From Octopus bimaculoides (lineage: Eukaryota), in NCBI RefSeq assembly GCF_001194135.2, contig NC_068981.1:102240324-102304323 (forward strand): a DNA stretch of 64,000 nucleotides, given 5' to 3'. The notes under the pieces were generated by a model that saw only the letters and a program-made list of their open reading frames with translations, was not told the origin of the DNA and ran no database searches. Positions 62,770 through 64,000 of the stretch are shown one piece after another (position 1 is the stretch's first letter; each line of letters starts with the position of its first letter). A program made the translations under genes and the position numbers.

Positions 62770-63110
62770 CTGTTAGCACAAGGCCAGTGATTATGGGGGA
62801 AGCGAGTAAGTCAATTACATCGACCCCAGCATTCAACTGGTACTTATTCTATCAACACTGAAAGGATGAAAGGCAAAGTTGACCTCAGCGGAATTTGAAT
62901 TCATAACATTAAGACATGAAATGTTAAACATTTTGCAAGACGTGCTAATGATTCTACCTGCTCACTGCCTATATAATGATAATGATAATTTTTTTCTACT
63001 ATAGGCACAAGGGCTGAAATTTGGGAGGCAGGAGCTAGATGATTAAATTGATCCCAAAAAGATGAAAAGGAAAGTTGACCTTGATGGAATTTGAACTCAG
63101 GATGTAAAGA
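62770..63110 (-). mobile_element. Family B SINE copies
   Basis: Reverse complement of the family B core. Confidence 0.7.
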
Positions 63111-63184
63111 TGATTTGATGAGTTGGATTGCAGTAGACTATTTATAATTTAATTGCAAGGCTGACTGAGATGAAATTACCTTTT

Positions 63185-63540
63185 AGTTTTTATTTGTTTC
63201 AGTCATTGGATTATGGCCAATGCTGGAGCACTGCCTTGGAGGGTCTAGTTGAAAGATCAAACTTATTTTAGTCTGGTACTTATTCTTCCAGTCTTTGTTG
63301 GCAAACTGTTAAGCTATAGGAATGTAAACAAACCAACACCAGTTGTCAAGTTGTGAGGCTGGTAACACACACACACATACACACAACAGGATTCCACACA
63401 GTTTCCAGGTACCAAATTCACTCACAAGGTGTTTGTTGGTCTGGAGCTATAGTAGAAGACACTTGCCTAAGGTGCCACAAAATGGAACTGAACCTGAAGC
63501 CACTTGGTTGCATAGTGAGCTTCTTAACCACACAGCCATA
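63185..63540 (-). mobile_element. tRNA-derived SINE, family A (degenerate)
   Basis: Reverse-complement match to the family A head and tail. Confidence 0.7.
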
Positions 63541-64000
63541 TGTGCACCCTGTGAACTCTAGTCTACAGTTGGTTACTGGAGCAGCTTTATGTTACCTCTC
63601 ATACAATCCAAACAAAGACTTTTAACCCAGAACTGAAAAATAAAAAAACTAACGAAAACTTTCTATAACAGTGTCTTTGCTTCCTTCAGCAATAAGTTGT
63701 ACTCACACATTTAACTTGTCTATGGTCAAGTGGATAGAAGCACATGGCTTAGCGCTCCACTCATGATTATAAATCTGTTGTTTCAATTCCAGAATCGGGC
63801 AATGCTTTGTGTTCTTGAACAAACCACTTCATTTCACATTGCTCCAGTCCACTCAGCTGGCCAATATACATAAACCTGTAACAGATTGGTGTCTCACCCA
63901 ATAGGGACATGTATATGCCACAGAATCCAGGATTCTAATCACATGAGCCTGTGGATCAGGAAGGACTGTTGATCCTTCTGTTTTTATTTTTGATGGCCAG

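Overview
Gappy eukaryotic scaffold: AT-rich, CpG-depleted and full of microsatellites. The repeat families are most consistent with an octopus or other cephalopod (inference). I found no confident host protein-coding gene, rRNA, genuine tRNA gene or CRISPR array; the window looks intronic or intergenic and consists mostly of decayed transposons. Retroelements: several RTE LINE copies (one family carries a PHD finger inside ORF2), RTE-BovB and RTE-X tails, a REL-endonuclease LINE fragment, three Penelope-like elements (PLEs) and four tRNA-derived SINE families. DNA elements: a DD37E Tc1, two mariners, a Tc2/pogo, hAT pieces, a full-length Chapaev3-type element and a Helentron/HINE-like element. 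Best leads: (1) a PLE whose inverted pseudo-LTR fuses a tRNA-like Pol III promoter to a minimal hammerhead ribozyme; (2) a second PLE with a ~120-codon in-frame Thr/Pro-rich insert between the GIY and YIG motifs, followed by its own hammerhead; (3) a HINE-like element with a histone-gene-like promoter and two histone-type stem-loops but no histone CDS. All motifs were read by eye. SINE boundaries are approximate and no database search was run.
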